DNA of 64,000 nt from a candidate division WWE3 bacterium (GCA_943354835.1 CALRDH010000004.1:10851-74850), one strand, 5' to 3'. Shown: positions 30,172 through 40,521, counted from the first letter of the stretch. Numbers and translations are program-made. Notes: generated from the letters alone by a model not told the origin.

Positions 30172-31542
30172 TTAATCTTCAAAAACTATCTTAAATAATT
30201 TATCTTGTATCATTTCTAAATTTTTTGAATCTTTTGCATATTCTAAAAAGAATTCTTGTATTTTGTTTGCATCGGCCTCTGTTATTAAAACAGAAAGCTC
30301 CTTTATTAATAAATCTATACCTGTAAATATTAACTGAAAGTCCAACTCAATCGAATTGTTTTCAGTAAAAATTAAACCGCCTTTTCGTAACAAATAATTT
30401 AATATCATTTGATGGCCATCTCCATATGCACTCAAAGCATATTCGCCTTTCTTCCTAAACGCCCAACCTCGCAAAATCCTAGCAATAAAGGCTATTACTA
30501 AAAATTTATATTCAGTTGCTGTAAGTACACCTTTTAGAACTTGTATGGATGCTATTTCAATTCCTGCCAAATCTGCATGGGCTTCAAAGACGGCATCTGC
30601 TTGACCACCTATCTTATTCCTAGCACCTTGGTGATTACTCTTTGATACAGTTTCTGCAACTTCATGCAACATTGCTAAACGTATCAACGTCTCGCCAAAT
30701 TTTTGCTCATTAAATTCAAAATCTAATCCTAAAAACTCATCGATAATCTTTTTGTGCATTGCTTGCTTACTAATTATATTGTTTGTGTAAACAAGAATTC
30801 TTATACCTTCTTTTGAAACTAGTTCATCCCTTGGATAGCTACTAGTCCTCGGTACAAAATCGGCGTGCCAACCTCCCATAGCAATAACCTTATCTGTTCT
30901 AACCTTCAATATAAAATCATCTTTAGCTCCATCCTTTTCAGACGGTAAAATCGCCTTCGCAACGCTTATAAAACCTTCTAATTCACCTTGATATTGTTTA
31001 TCCGTAATTCTTAGGTTTGCTTGAAATGCTCTTTTTATACCGAATAGTTTGTCTTGATATGTTTCTATCGGGCCGAGTTTTATGTCGACGTTTACTTTCC
31101 AATCTATTTTCAACCAGATTTTTTCACTTTCCTCGTAAGAATCATTCTTAAGGTCTTTGGATAGTTGTCTTAGGTACGATGAATATAAAGAAAATCCATT
31201 TTGTTCATATAGTGGAGCTGCTTTTTCAATTGCTTCTGATATTTGCGCAATTTCTTTTTCGAACTTTTGTGAGTATTTAACAGCCGATATTTTTCCCATT
31301 TGATCAATTTCTACCATTGTGTATGGTGAAAAGATTTCTGGGTTTTCTTTTGCAAAAGTTTCTAACTGTTCTTTTGAAATTTCACATGGATAAAAATTAC
31401 CACCAGGGCAATTTGAATTTTTTTGTTTATCGTATATATCTCCACAAACCTTTACTGCATCTTTAAAAATCTCTATAGCTTGTCTTTCCCAGTCTTTTAA
31501 ATTACTTAAATCTACATCTGTGTATTCTTTGTAATAATTCAT
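30172..31542 (-). CDS. Hypothetical protein (possible metal-dependent hydrolase; HEVAE ... FEAHAD)
   Basis: 456 aa with no confident family assignment. Confidence 0.4.
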   Translation of the reverse strand: MNYYKEYTDVDLSNLKDWERQAIEIFKDAVKVCGDIYDKQKNSNCPGGNFYPCEISKEQLETFAKENPEIFSPYTMVEIDQMGKISAVKYSQKFEKEIAQISEAIEKAAPLYEQNGFSLYSSYLRQLSKDLKNDSYEESEKIWLKIDWKVNVDIKLGPIETYQDKLFGIKRAFQANLRITDKQYQGELEGFISVAKAILPSEKDGAKDDFILKVRTDKVIAMGGWHADFVPRTSSYPRDELVSKEGIRILVYTNNIISKQAMHKKIIDEFLGLDFEFNEQKFGETLIRLAMLHEVAETVSKSNHQGARNKIGGQADAVFEAHADLAGIEIASIQVLKGVLTATEYKFLVIAFIARILRGWAFRKKGEYALSAYGDGHQMILNYLLRKGGLIFTENNSIELDFQLIFTGIDLLIKELSVLITEADANKIQEFFLEYAKDSKNLEMIQDKLFKIVFED

Positions 31543-31546
31543 GTAT

Positions 31547-32011
31547 TTATTTTATATCAATTATCTTATAAACAACAGTGAAAATTGGGGTTTTTACTTC
31601 GACAAGTTGATTTTTCTTTGCTCCAACTAAAGATTTTCCGACCGGAGATTCATTTGAAATTAGTCTTTTCATAGGATCTGCTTCAGCACTTCCTACTATC
31701 GTAAACTCATCAACATGGCCATCGGATTCTACAACAACAACATTTCCAATTCCGACAACATCTAACATTATATCTTTATCTGAAATAATCTCTGAATTTG
31801 CGAGTGTGGACTCAATCTCACTAATGCGGCCTTCTACATAAGCCTGTTGATCTAAAGTTGAATCATAAACCGTATTTTCTAAAACATCGCCAAGATCTCT
31901 TGCATCTTTGATCTTCTCTGCAACTTCTACTCGGACGACATCCCTAAGGTGATTTAATTCTTCCTTTAACTTTTTATGTCCCGATTGGGTCAGGTATAAT
32001 TTTTCAGACAT
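31547..32011 (-). CDS. greA: Transcription elongation factor GreA (paralog 1)
   Basis: Coiled-coil tip GDVLENTVY (D and E retained) and EGRISEIES. Confidence 0.8.
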   Translation of the reverse strand: MSEKLYLTQSGHKKLKEELNHLRDVVRVEVAEKIKDARDLGDVLENTVYDSTLDQQAYVEGRISEIESTLANSEIISDKDIMLDVVGIGNVVVVESDGHVDEFTIVGSAEADPMKRLISNESPVGKSLVGAKKNQLVEVKTPIFTVVYKIIDIK

Positions 32012-32018
32012 TTTCTTT

Positions 32019-32507
32019 TTACTTTACTTCCAATACTTTGTATCTAACAGCACCCATCGGCGCTTCGATTTCTATAATATCCCCTGCAGACTTTCCAATC
32101 AATGCTTTTCCCAAAGGAGATTCATGTGAAATCTTATTTTCACTAAAATTAACCTCTTCCACACCAACTATTGAATAGCTAACTTTTAATTTTTGTGTTT
32201 CTAAAGTTACATGTGATCCAAGATCTATTTTGGCATCTTTACCAGTATTTTTTTCTATAACAACAGCGTTTTTTAGAATTGACTCAATTTCGCGAATACG
32301 ACCTTCTAAAAAGGATTGCTTATCTTTTGCTGCAGAATACATGCCGTTCTCACTAAGGTCGCCTAGAGCCCTTGCAGCTTTAATATCTTCAAGTATTTTA
32401 GTTCTTTGTACACCTGTAAGGTCGAAGAGTTCATCTTTTAAATTCTTTAGACCCTCTTTTGTTACGAAGACTTCATTATTTTCATTTTTCATATTTATAT
32501 ATCTCAT
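32019..32507 (-). CDS. greA: Transcription elongation factor GreA (paralog 2)
   Basis: LGDLSENGMYSAAKDKQSFLEGRIREIES with the acidic tip retained. Tandem with paralog 1. Confidence 0.8.
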   Translation of the reverse strand: MRYINMKNENNEVFVTKEGLKNLKDELFDLTGVQRTKILEDIKAARALGDLSENGMYSAAKDKQSFLEGRIREIESILKNAVVIEKNTGKDAKIDLGSHVTLETQKLKVSYSIVGVEEVNFSENKISHESPLGKALIGKSAGDIIEIEAPMGAVRYKVLEVK

Positions 32508-32672
32508 ACATTATTAGCGCAAACAAATAACCCATATATGGGCGCTTATTTATTATTTGCACAAAGACTGTGTTAGGCAATAAGGTATTAATTAAAGTTA
32601 CCATTGCCGAATAAGACCAAAACCAAATCGGTTTCTGTGATAATTTTATAACATAGGTACAATATGTCAATC

Positions 32673-32681
32673 TGATATAAT
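32673..32681 (+). promoter_or_regulatory. Extended -10 promoter (TGATATAAT) for tRNA-Glu
   Basis: TGnTATAAT ends about 8 nt before the mature tRNA 5-prime end at 32690. Confidence 0.45.
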
Positions 32682-32689
32682 TTCAATAC

Positions 32690-32766
32690 GGCCCCATCGT
32701 CTAGCGGTCTAGGACACTTGGTTCTCATCCAAGAAATCGTGGGTCCAAATCCCACTGGGGTCACCA
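32690..32766 (+). tRNA. tRNA-Glu (anticodon CUC), CCA encoded
   Basis: Manually folded cloverleaf. Acceptor GGCCCCA/TGGGGTC, D-arm GTCT-AGCGGTCTA-GGAC, anticodon stem CTTGG/CCAAG with loop TTCTCAT, T-arm GTGGG-TCCAAAT-CCCAC. D-arm closely resembles E. coli tRNA-Glu. Confidence 0.9.
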
Positions 32767-32884
32767 AAAACAAAAATATATGGGCCAACTGCAATGGCAC
32801 AAGATTTTGCCTCTTTGGAGATTCAATAAAATCAATTAAAATTACGGTCAATACATTTTTGTTCTGCCAAATACAACATAAATT

Positions 32885-33376
32885 ATGAACAAATTTGTGA
32901 TCAAATACCCGTATAGTGATGGCGATGAACAAATCGCAACAAACTCAACTGTTCAAAATGAAGAAAACATCTTTTTTTTAGATGATCAGGATACTAGATC
33001 ATCAGCAATTGCAGCAATAGAATCAGCGATAAATCCAAGACACCCAAACTATTGTTCACATGCAATCGAAAAGCATGGTGACGGAGCAACTGAATCTTTA
33101 CACATTATTGGAAACACACTACAAACATATAATGGCAACGAAACCAACATACGCGCATTCTCTTTACATGGAAAACTTGTAATAGAAACTACACATCCAA
33201 CAATTTTCGAAAGAAAAGCATATCCGATACCATATATCGATTATTTAATTCAATTACTAAGAGATGAAAAATATATTCCAAAATACGATACAATACAAAA
33301 CCTATCTCAATTCCTAATGACGCTTGCTATGCGCGACTACCCGGATTATCCTAAATGGATTGACGAGATCGAATGA
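32885..33376 (+). CDS. Hypothetical protein
   Basis: 163 aa with no motif, immediately downstream of tRNA-Glu. Confidence 0.35.
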   Translation: MNKFVIKYPYSDGDEQIATNSTVQNEENIFFLDDQDTRSSAIAAIESAINPRHPNYCSHAIEKHGDGATESLHIIGNTLQTYNGNETNIRAFSLHGKLVIETTHPTIFERKAYPIPYIDYLIQLLRDEKYIPKYDTIQNLSQFLMTLAMRDYPDYPKWIDEIE

Positions 33377-33412
33377 TTCAACGATTTTTTATATGAAACC
33401 GGTAACGAAATA

Positions 33413-33739
33413 TTGTTAAAGGCCTATTACCGAGTTCTAAATGTGTTTAAGAGTCAAAGGGAAAAAACACGACAAGAGTTTCTTCCGTTTGATAACGGAA
33501 TTTATATGACAGCGTTAAAATATCTCGAAGATATCGGTCTAAATGCCACAAACGAAACACAGGAAATAATAATTGCTAGATATCCACGTGTAATTTTACA
33601 AAAAGATCGAAGACAATCTTTTAGAGTTTTAACAGCTTTCATGAAAGATTATGTAGTTCATGGTGGAGTTGTCCACATGAAAGGAGATGAATTTTATTGT
33701 TGCAACGAATCCCAATGTCCACTTTCAAATTATTGCTAA
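33413..33739 (+). CDS. Hypothetical Cys-containing small protein
   Basis: 108 aa with C-terminal CCNESQCPLSNYC. Confidence 0.35.
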   Translation: MLKAYYRVLNVFKSQREKTRQEFLPFDNGIYMTALKYLEDIGLNATNETQEIIIARYPRVILQKDRRQSFRVLTAFMKDYVVHGGVVHMKGDEFYCCNESQCPLSNYC

Positions 33740-33740
33740 G

Positions 33741-34850
33741 TTAAATTGAGGCAACCAATTTTTCCATAAGCATTGAATACATTCTTAGGTTATGTATTGT
33801 TGCAAGTCGAAATGCCAGTGTGTCTTCGATTGTAAAAAGGTGCTGAATATATGCTCGCGTGTAGTTTTTGCATGCATGGCAGTCACAAAATTCGCTAATC
33901 GGAGAGTTATCCCTTACGTATTTTTCGCGGGAGATATATAAATAGCTATACCAATTTTTCTCTGTAAAAATATCTTTTATATCATCCGGATTTTTATCCC
34001 AAACATATAATCTTTTATGCCTTGCATCCCTTGTTGGAAGAACACAATCAAAAATCCCCCACCCCAAACGAACACAGTCAACCAAACCTTGAGGATTTCC
34101 AACACCAAGGCCATATCTTGGTTTATTCGCTGGCGTAACATTTGAAATGTGTTCAATAATCTCCAAATCTAATTCACCTTCATCATTAAAAACCCACCCA
34201 CCTAAGCCATAACCATCAAAACCTATCTTCTCAAGCTCTACTGCACATCTTTCACGTTCATTTTTGCTATGAGCTCCTTGAACGACTCCAAAAAGCTTAG
34301 GCCTTGTTTCTTCAGTTAACTTTCGAGCAACGCATTGCTTTTCAAATTCCACCTTACACCTTTTTGCCCACTCGATTGTTAAATCAACACTTAACTTAAT
34401 CTCGGCATCCTTTGCATTAAATGGCGTAAAATAATCCAAGCAAATCATAATGTCAGAATTTATATCAAACTGAATTTGAATACATTTTTCAGGCGATATT
34501 TGATATTTTTTACGGCCACCTTTTGAATGCAAATGAAAAGTAACACCGTTTTTTGAAATACTTCCAAGCGACTTATTTTTCTGAATCAACGAAAACATTT
34601 GAAATCCGCCAGAATCAGAAATAATAAAACCGTCCCAACCCATAAAATTTTTGATTCCACCTGCCTGCTTCAAAACGCTTGGACCTGGTTGAGAAAGCAA
34701 ATGATACGTATTAACAATAAGACCCAAAGTACCAGCATTTTTTAAATCCTGTGAATCAATACTTCGAATAACACCACGTGTTGCATCTGGAAAAAACACG
34801 GGAAGCTGCATTTCTTTTCCTTTAATTTTATAGGCTTTTAACATATCCAT
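33741..34850 (-). CDS. tgt: Queuine tRNA-ribosyltransferase (tRNA-guanine transglycosylase)
   Basis: ISDSGGFQMFSL, LFGVVQGAHS and zinc site CDCHACKNYTRAYIQH. The start is placed at MDMLKAY (ATG at 34848-34850), so the 70-aa upstream extension in the ORF track is not coding. Confidence 0.85.
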   Translation of the reverse strand: MDMLKAYKIKGKEMQLPVFFPDATRGVIRSIDSQDLKNAGTLGLIVNTYHLLSQPGPSVLKQAGGIKNFMGWDGFIISDSGGFQMFSLIQKNKSLGSISKNGVTFHLHSKGGRKKYQISPEKCIQIQFDINSDIMICLDYFTPFNAKDAEIKLSVDLTIEWAKRCKVEFEKQCVARKLTEETRPKLFGVVQGAHSKNERERCAVELEKIGFDGYGLGGWVFNDEGELDLEIIEHISNVTPANKPRYGLGVGNPQGLVDCVRLGWGIFDCVLPTRDARHKRLYVWDKNPDDIKDIFTEKNWYSYLYISREKYVRDNSPISEFCDCHACKNYTRAYIQHLFTIEDTLAFRLATIHNLRMYSMLMEKLVASI

Positions 34851-34863
34851 GCGAATATTGTAT

Positions 34864-34901
34864 GCGAGGGGCGGTCCAAAAACAATTGGACCGCCCCTCG
34901 C
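34864..34901. terminator. GC-rich perfect 14-bp stem-loop GCGAGGGGCGGTCC-AAAAACAATT-GGACCGCCCCTCGC between the C39-like gene and tgt. No U-tract on either strand.
   Basis: Exact inverted repeat. Unusual GC content for this genome. Confidence 0.45.
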
Positions 34902-34917
34902 AGAACATAACACAACA

Positions 34918-36300
34918 TCAATCGCTTGAAACAATTGGCAGATACAAAGTTGAACTATTCGACGCATTGTCGAAATAAAATTCTGTATATGCCTTTGCAT
35001 CAAGCTCTTGTAGCGTTTCTTGGCCAAAATCATTACCGCTTGCAATATAAAGCTTTGCATTAGTAATATTTTCTAACCCGTCAAAAACGACTACATATTT
35101 CCCCAAAACAGGTGAAAGAATTTCCACATTCTTTGATTCATCACCTGACGTATAAAACATCTCCCCTGTTGGCGACACAACATGAAAATCAGATTCCGCA
35201 TCGGAATCGATAATCAAATATACTTCCTGCGCCTTCTTACGAGGATCTCTTTCTTGGCTCGAAAACCTCCTTGTCGATTTATACCAATTGCCATAATACT
35301 GGCTCAAGATCACACTTTTGCCCAATGGGTCATTAATGGTAAAAACACCATTTTTAATCCCCTTTGCAACGACAAAATGCCCACTTAGCTCAAGTATTAT
35401 TGGCTCACCTGCACAGATACGTCTTGTAACTAAGTCATCATCAATACCTTCTCGGCCACGATACCAAAGATCAATTCCCATTACCTCCCTTGCGTATCTT
35501 GCAACCGAGAACCAGTTCACACTACCCCCAACGTAGCCTGCTGGTTGGCTTCTAAGCCATGCATTAAGCATAGATGGATTCGTTCCTATTCCATTCGCTT
35601 TACTACCATAATGCGAAAGCACCATAGAAGCCGATGAAACAGCACATCCTTCATGCTCAATCGTTCTACTAGTACTCCTTTCGCTCCACCACACATTTCC
35701 GTATTTCTCGTTTTTCCACAAAGGATCAGTTTGAAGATACAAAGGCACGTCGAGTTTGCAGATTTCTTTTTGCGATAAAAAGAAGAAATCATCAATCGAC
35801 ATTCTTGAATAACTGACCTTGCGAGAAAATAAAACCAGATAAATCGGAACCGAGCTCGACTCAACATACAGCCTTTGATTTAAAACAAAATCGCAGCAAG
35901 CTGTTTTTGATTCGCTCAAAACTCTTCCGTTTTTATCAAACGCAGTTAAGACACCTCCAGATCCAGAGAAAAATCCTCCAACAGCAAATACATCGCCTAC
36001 TACTGATTGATCAAAATACGCATAAACCCCAAATCGCCCGGAGCTCATGAGAAGTTGATTACCAGATCTAGCCAAAAATCCGGTATCAGAAATCACGTCT
36101 TGCGAAGTTACCCAAGCATCAAAGAATTCCGCACCTTCTGGAAACTTTAGAATTCCTTGTGCCTTTTGGTATGTTCCTTCAAAATCAATTACTGTAGCAA
36201 ATCTTGGTATTTCTCCTTCAGCAAAAGTCGACATTCGCTGAAAGAAAACTAGACTCAAAAACACAGACACAAACAAAGCCCATTTCACAAAACGCATCAA
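34918..36300 (-). CDS. Secreted protein with Peptidase_C39-like (papain-fold) domain
   Basis: N-terminal signal peptide MMRFVKWALFVSVFLSLVFF. Motif VPLYLQTDPLWKNEKYG...EHEGCAVSSASMVLSHYG matches the Q..W..GCGPTSLAMVL.YYG C39_2 pattern. GC elevated. Confidence 0.55.
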   Translation of the reverse strand: MMRFVKWALFVSVFLSLVFFQRMSTFAEGEIPRFATVIDFEGTYQKAQGILKFPEGAEFFDAWVTSQDVISDTGFLARSGNQLLMSSGRFGVYAYFDQSVVGDVFAVGGFFSGSGGVLTAFDKNGRVLSESKTACCDFVLNQRLYVESSSVPIYLVLFSRKVSYSRMSIDDFFFLSQKEICKLDVPLYLQTDPLWKNEKYGNVWWSERSTSRTIEHEGCAVSSASMVLSHYGSKANGIGTNPSMLNAWLRSQPAGYVGGSVNWFSVARYAREVMGIDLWYRGREGIDDDLVTRRICAGEPIILELSGHFVVAKGIKNGVFTINDPLGKSVILSQYYGNWYKSTRRFSSQERDPRKKAQEVYLIIDSDAESDFHVVSPTGEMFYTSGDESKNVEILSPVLGKYVVVFDGLENITNAKLYIASGNDFGQETLQELDAKAYTEFYFDNASNSSTLYLPIVSSD

Positions 36301-36409
36301 ACACCTTTCCTTTCTGCCTGCTTGTAACGGTTTCCCTTGACCTATCTTAGTTAGTTAGCTAACCTAAATTCAGTGTACAAATTGGAAATGAAAAATCTTT
36401 AAAAAAGAA

Positions 36410-36742
36410 ATGAAATTTATAAAACCAAACAAAATATTATTGATTACAGCATTATTAACAGTCCCATTAGCTTTGGCTTATTTATCTGATTCTTTTTTCA
36501 AAAACTCATCAAAAGAAGTTTTGAGTCAAATGGCAGAAACATCAGGAACAGTTGCCGGAATATCTAATATTTTAATAATGCCGAATGCTGAAATAATAAG
36601 TGTTGATACATCAAACGAATATACTTCCGTAACTTTAGAATCTGATAAAACAGAACAAGAGATAAAGGAATTTTACAAAGATTATTCGCCAGAAAATATT
36701 AAAATAAGCGGAAACATAATTCAGATTACAATAAAAAATTAG
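36410..36742 (+). CDS. Small secreted hypothetical protein
   Basis: 110 aa, signal peptide MKFIKPNKILLITALLTVPLALA. Confidence 0.4.
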   Translation: MKFIKPNKILLITALLTVPLALAYLSDSFFKNSSKEVLSQMAETSGTVAGISNILIMPNAEIISVDTSNEYTSVTLESDKTEQEIKEFYKDYSPENIKISGNIIQITIKN

Positions 36743-38487
36743 GGGCCAACTTTATAAACCGCGGCCCATGCTCTGTAATTGCTCTTAAAAGAATCTTGAT
36801 ACAAAACAATTCCATCTTTTGACTTAACAGTTCTATCAAATTTCACAGAAGCGCCCCAAACAGAATGTTCAACTTGTCTTTTAGCGCCACTTGGCAAGCT
36901 CACATCTAGTTCGAAAACAGTTGCCGGTGGAGGGGTTTTTGACAAAATAACAGGTTCCGTCATTTCAACAATGCGTCCATCTTTTGTTCCGTATATTGCA
37001 AACCTCAAAGTAGAATCTTTTTCATTAAACTCTGAACTTATCAAAATATATCCAGGCGTGTCATTTTTAAATTGCAAATCAACTGAAGGACTATAAATAG
37101 TTGCATCTATTCCAGGAGCAGAATCTTGTTCATAATAATTCACCCGGTACGAATGTGCGTTTCTCTCGATAATTGGAAGGCCTGCGGAAAGTGCAGCTCT
37201 AAATAAAGTCGTCGAAACCTGACATACTCCACCTCCGTCACCTAGAACCGTTCTACCTTTGCTAATTACATAGGCGCTTGAATACCCAGTTTTGCTGCTT
37301 ATTTCACCAACAGCATCATTAAAAGAAAAAACATCGCCCGGAGCGACTAAAACGCCATTAACTCTTGAAGCTGCTAATTTAATATTTTTTACCCTACCTG
37401 GAATTGAACCTTTAAATTTTGAATTTCCAATTCCAACAATTTCTTTTACACCAAAAGAATTATCATTTTCTTTTGGAATTGAAACGTCAACGGCAAGCTG
37501 AATCTTTGGGTTTTTTGAAAGTAGAGATAATTTAATCAATTCTTTTGATTCATCAATTCTTAACTTTTGGCCATTTTGAGGAGCAACAAATTCAATTGCC
37601 CTTCCCTCTTTTACATTTAAAACCTGAACTCTTGGACTTCTATCAATTTCTAAAGCGACAGATTTTATTAATTCAGATAAATAAATCTCATCGACTTCAA
37701 TGCTTAAACCGTTTGTATTTTTAATTGGTTTTATTAAACTCAAAATTTCAAGTCTTGAAAGTTTTTTCGAATAGAAATCGAAATAAAATTCATAATCAAT
37801 ATCTAACATTTCAGAAATTGTCGGTTCCAAAAACTCAAGATCAGAATCATAAAAACTAGGTTCTGATTGCCTTGCGGTTACAGAAATCTGTTCTTTACTA
37901 CTTTTTGACATAGACTGAATAATCAATGCTGACAAATCTGCATCAACCTTTTTTCCAACTTCCCCTGGGATTATTACAACGTTTTGCTTGTTGTCTAATT
38001 CAATTCTCGGCTCTACTGCAGGCTTAAATCTTGAAGAATATAAATTGTCGATATAATCCATTAATTTCGAATCTGAAAAATCGTATGAATATTTGATATC
38101 AACTTTATTATGAAAAAATGACAATTTGTCTAACAAATCATTAACCAAATTACCTGAACGCCCAACAGCAAATGCATCTTTTGCAGTTTTTAGATATAAA
38201 AACTTAAAATCAATTTCGGAAGATTTTAATGTAATTGAATTATCGTCACCAGTATTTTCAATCGTGATAGAAACGGAACGTTCTTCAGAAGGATTTTTAT
38301 CTGACATTAATTTTGAAGCTTCAGAAACAGTTAATCCACCAACATATAAATCGTTTACATAAACACCAGGAATTATTCTTTTCGCAAAATAGAGATGATA
38401 AGAAATAAAAACAACCATTAAGGAAAAATATATTATCGCCAAAGCAATTAGAATTTGATTATGTTTTTTAAGGATTTTCTTCGGCAT
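36739..38487 (-). CDS. VanW-family protein
   Basis: GGGVCQVSTTLFRAALSAGLPIIERNAHSY VanW signature plus an N-terminal TM. Confidence 0.75.
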   Translation of the reverse strand: MPKKILKKHNQILIALAIIYFSLMVVFISYHLYFAKRIIPGVYVNDLYVGGLTVSEASKLMSDKNPSEERSVSITIENTGDDNSITLKSSEIDFKFLYLKTAKDAFAVGRSGNLVNDLLDKLSFFHNKVDIKYSYDFSDSKLMDYIDNLYSSRFKPAVEPRIELDNKQNVVIIPGEVGKKVDADLSALIIQSMSKSSKEQISVTARQSEPSFYDSDLEFLEPTISEMLDIDYEFYFDFYSKKLSRLEILSLIKPIKNTNGLSIEVDEIYLSELIKSVALEIDRSPRVQVLNVKEGRAIEFVAPQNGQKLRIDESKELIKLSLLSKNPKIQLAVDVSIPKENDNSFGVKEIVGIGNSKFKGSIPGRVKNIKLAASRVNGVLVAPGDVFSFNDAVGEISSKTGYSSAYVISKGRTVLGDGGGVCQVSTTLFRAALSAGLPIIERNAHSYRVNYYEQDSAPGIDATIYSPSVDLQFKNDTPGYILISSEFNEKDSTLRFAIYGTKDGRIVEMTEPVILSKTPPPATVFELDVSLPSGAKRQVEHSVWGASVKFDRTVKSKDGIVLYQDSFKSNYRAWAAVYKVGP

Positions 38488-38849
38488 TATTTGATTTTAC
38501 CGAATTTTAAATACTTGTGTGCGTTCAGTTTTATCCATTTATGATGTTCCTTGTAATTCGGATCGATTTTTTCAACTTCTGACCAAAATTCCTTCTTATG
38601 ATTCTGATGAACTAAATGTGCCAATTCGTGCTTAATAATATATTCCATAACTTCACCCGGGAATTTACAAATTTGCCAATTAAAATTTAAATTTTTATTC
38701 GATGAACAACTTCCAAGTCTTGTTTTTTGATTCTTTATAAAAATGCGGTTAAATTTATATCCGTGAATGTCAGCAATTTTTGAAACCGCCTCCTTTATTA
38801 AAAAACTATAATTTGCACGAAGTTCTTCGTCTTTTCCAAACATAATCAT
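38487..38849 (-). CDS. YgjP/DUF45-family metal-dependent hydrolase (M48-like HExxH)
   Basis: IIKHELAHLVHQNHKKEFW. Confidence 0.6.
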   Translation of the reverse strand: MIMFGKDEELRANYSFLIKEAVSKIADIHGYKFNRIFIKNQKTRLGSCSSNKNLNFNWQICKFPGEVMEYIIKHELAHLVHQNHKKEFWSEVEKIDPNYKEHHKWIKLNAHKYLKFGKIK

Positions 38850-38895
38850 TAGAATAGCAAAATTTAAAAATTCAAGGTATCATAAATCCTAGTTT

Positions 38896-39699
38896 ATGAA
38901 ATATTCATACACGTGCGACCTTCACGGACACTCATATTATAGCGATGGAAAATGTAGCCCAGAAGAAATATCAAACATAGCATTTGACATTGGAATTAGC
39001 GTTATTGCATTAACTGACCACGATATAACATATGGCCTAGACGAATTTGAGTCAAGTATCAAGAAGCTAAATGAAAATGGAAAAAACATAATTGGTATTC
39101 CGGGAATTGAAGTCACAACAGAAGTCGGACATATTATTTTACTATTTGAAGACACAAAAGATGCAAAAGAATTTTCAGAAACAGTCCATATAGAACAGAA
39201 AAACGATTTAAAAACAGTAATCAAAAATTCATCAAAATATAATAAATACATAATAATTCCACATGTTGAAATCCCATATATTGGGTCTTTCTCATTCGAA
39301 TCTTTGGCAAAGTTTTTTAAAGAATTTCCAAAAGAAATGCTTCATACAGGTCTTGAAATTATAAATGGTGAATCTTTAACAATGCCAAAATTTTTACTAA
39401 AAAAACATAAAACTTTAATACATAAAAACCAACAAAGCGGATGGAATAGAAACCTCTTTGCAAATAGCGACCATCATTCAAAACACGGAATTGGAGTTGG
39501 TGTAACAGAAATTAAATCAGAAAAAGAAATTAAAAACGCTAAAGACTTCATTCACTTACTAAAAACAAGTAAGGGTGGAGTTGCAAAAACACAAAAAATA
39601 CTTTCTAAAACAGAACTTTTGACGGAATACTCCTATATTATTTCTGGGGTTATCCGAAAAAAAATCTTCGGAAGGCGGGCAAGGAAAAACCCTTTATAA
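38896..39699 (+). CDS. PHP-domain metal-dependent phosphoesterase
   Basis: CDLHGHSYYSDG...IALTDHD PHP motifs. Confidence 0.7.
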   Translation: MKYSYTCDLHGHSYYSDGKCSPEEISNIAFDIGISVIALTDHDITYGLDEFESSIKKLNENGKNIIGIPGIEVTTEVGHIILLFEDTKDAKEFSETVHIEQKNDLKTVIKNSSKYNKYIIIPHVEIPYIGSFSFESLAKFFKEFPKEMLHTGLEIINGESLTMPKFLLKKHKTLIHKNQQSGWNRNLFANSDHHSKHGIGVGVTEIKSEKEIKNAKDFIHLLKTSKGGVAKTQKILSKTELLTEYSYIISGVIRKKIFGRRARKNPL

Positions 39700-39720
39700 A
39701 CCCGCCCTCCTATTCATTCA

Positions 39721-40521
39721 TTACTGTCTAACTATACTAAAAAGTTTGTCGTGATATTCAAAATATTTTGAATCTCCCCCTAAGCTTTTTGCACAATTTG
39801 CAGAAACAGCCATATCCATAGCTTTAGTATGTATATTTGTTAATGGGAAATCTCTAAATACAAATTTCACTTGTCCATTATCAATATAATTTGACTTTAT
39901 CGATGGATAAGTCTGCGTGTAAGCTCTTTGACAAAACGGACACTCGTAATCAGAAAATTCAACAATAGTTATTGGTGCATTTGCATCTCCCAATATTGGA
40001 TCATCATCGATTGAAACTTCTTTTAGTATGGCATCAATACTTGTTGGAGCTGGCTGACTTGGATCTGCTTCAGCCAATTTCGATAATATTTTTTGGTCAT
40101 CATTTTCCAATAGACCATCTATTGTAGATTGAAAATAATCGAAAGGATAAGCACCTGCTAACCAAACACCTTTGATTTTTCCATCAGCAGAGCTTCTGCC
40201 AATAAAAAAAGACGGTGTACCTTGGACTCCAATTGCTTGCGCATCTTGCATATCTTTTTCGATTTCAGATTTATCATATGTATCAAGACACGATTTGAAA
40301 TCTTTTTCTTTTATACCGACTTCTTTAGCAATATTCACATATTCCTGAAGTTTATAACCAGTTGATTCAGCTGTTTTTGGAGCTTTTGGTCCAAATAAAC
40401 CCATGTTTGTAGCTATAACCGAAGCCGCGATTATTACTCCAGCAATTATTACTGCTACAGGAGTTGATAATACAACTTTCGGACTATATTTTTCTTCTTC
40501 TTTTTCTTCTTTTTCTGACAT
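39721..40521 (-). CDS. DsbA-like thiol:disulfide oxidoreductase, membrane-anchored
   Basis: N-terminal TM and CPFC active site (FSDYECPFCQRAY). Confidence 0.7.
   Translation of the reverse strand: MSEKEEKEEEKYSPKVVLSTPVAVIIAGVIIAASVIATNMGLFGPKAPKTAESTGYKLQEYVNIAKEVGIKEKDFKSCLDTYDKSEIEKDMQDAQAIGVQGTPSFFIGRSSADGKIKGVWLAGAYPFDYFQSTIDGLLENDDQKILSKLAEADPSQPAPTSIDAILKEVSIDDDPILGDANAPITIVEFSDYECPFCQRAYTQTYPSIKSNYIDNGQVKFVFRDFPLTNIHTKAMDMAVSANCAKSLGGDSKYFEYHDKLFSIVRQ

Noticed and set aside
34851-35060. 70-aa N-terminal extension of Tgt
   Set aside because: It overlaps the upstream gene and the intergenic GC hairpin. Tgt homology starts at MDMLKAY.
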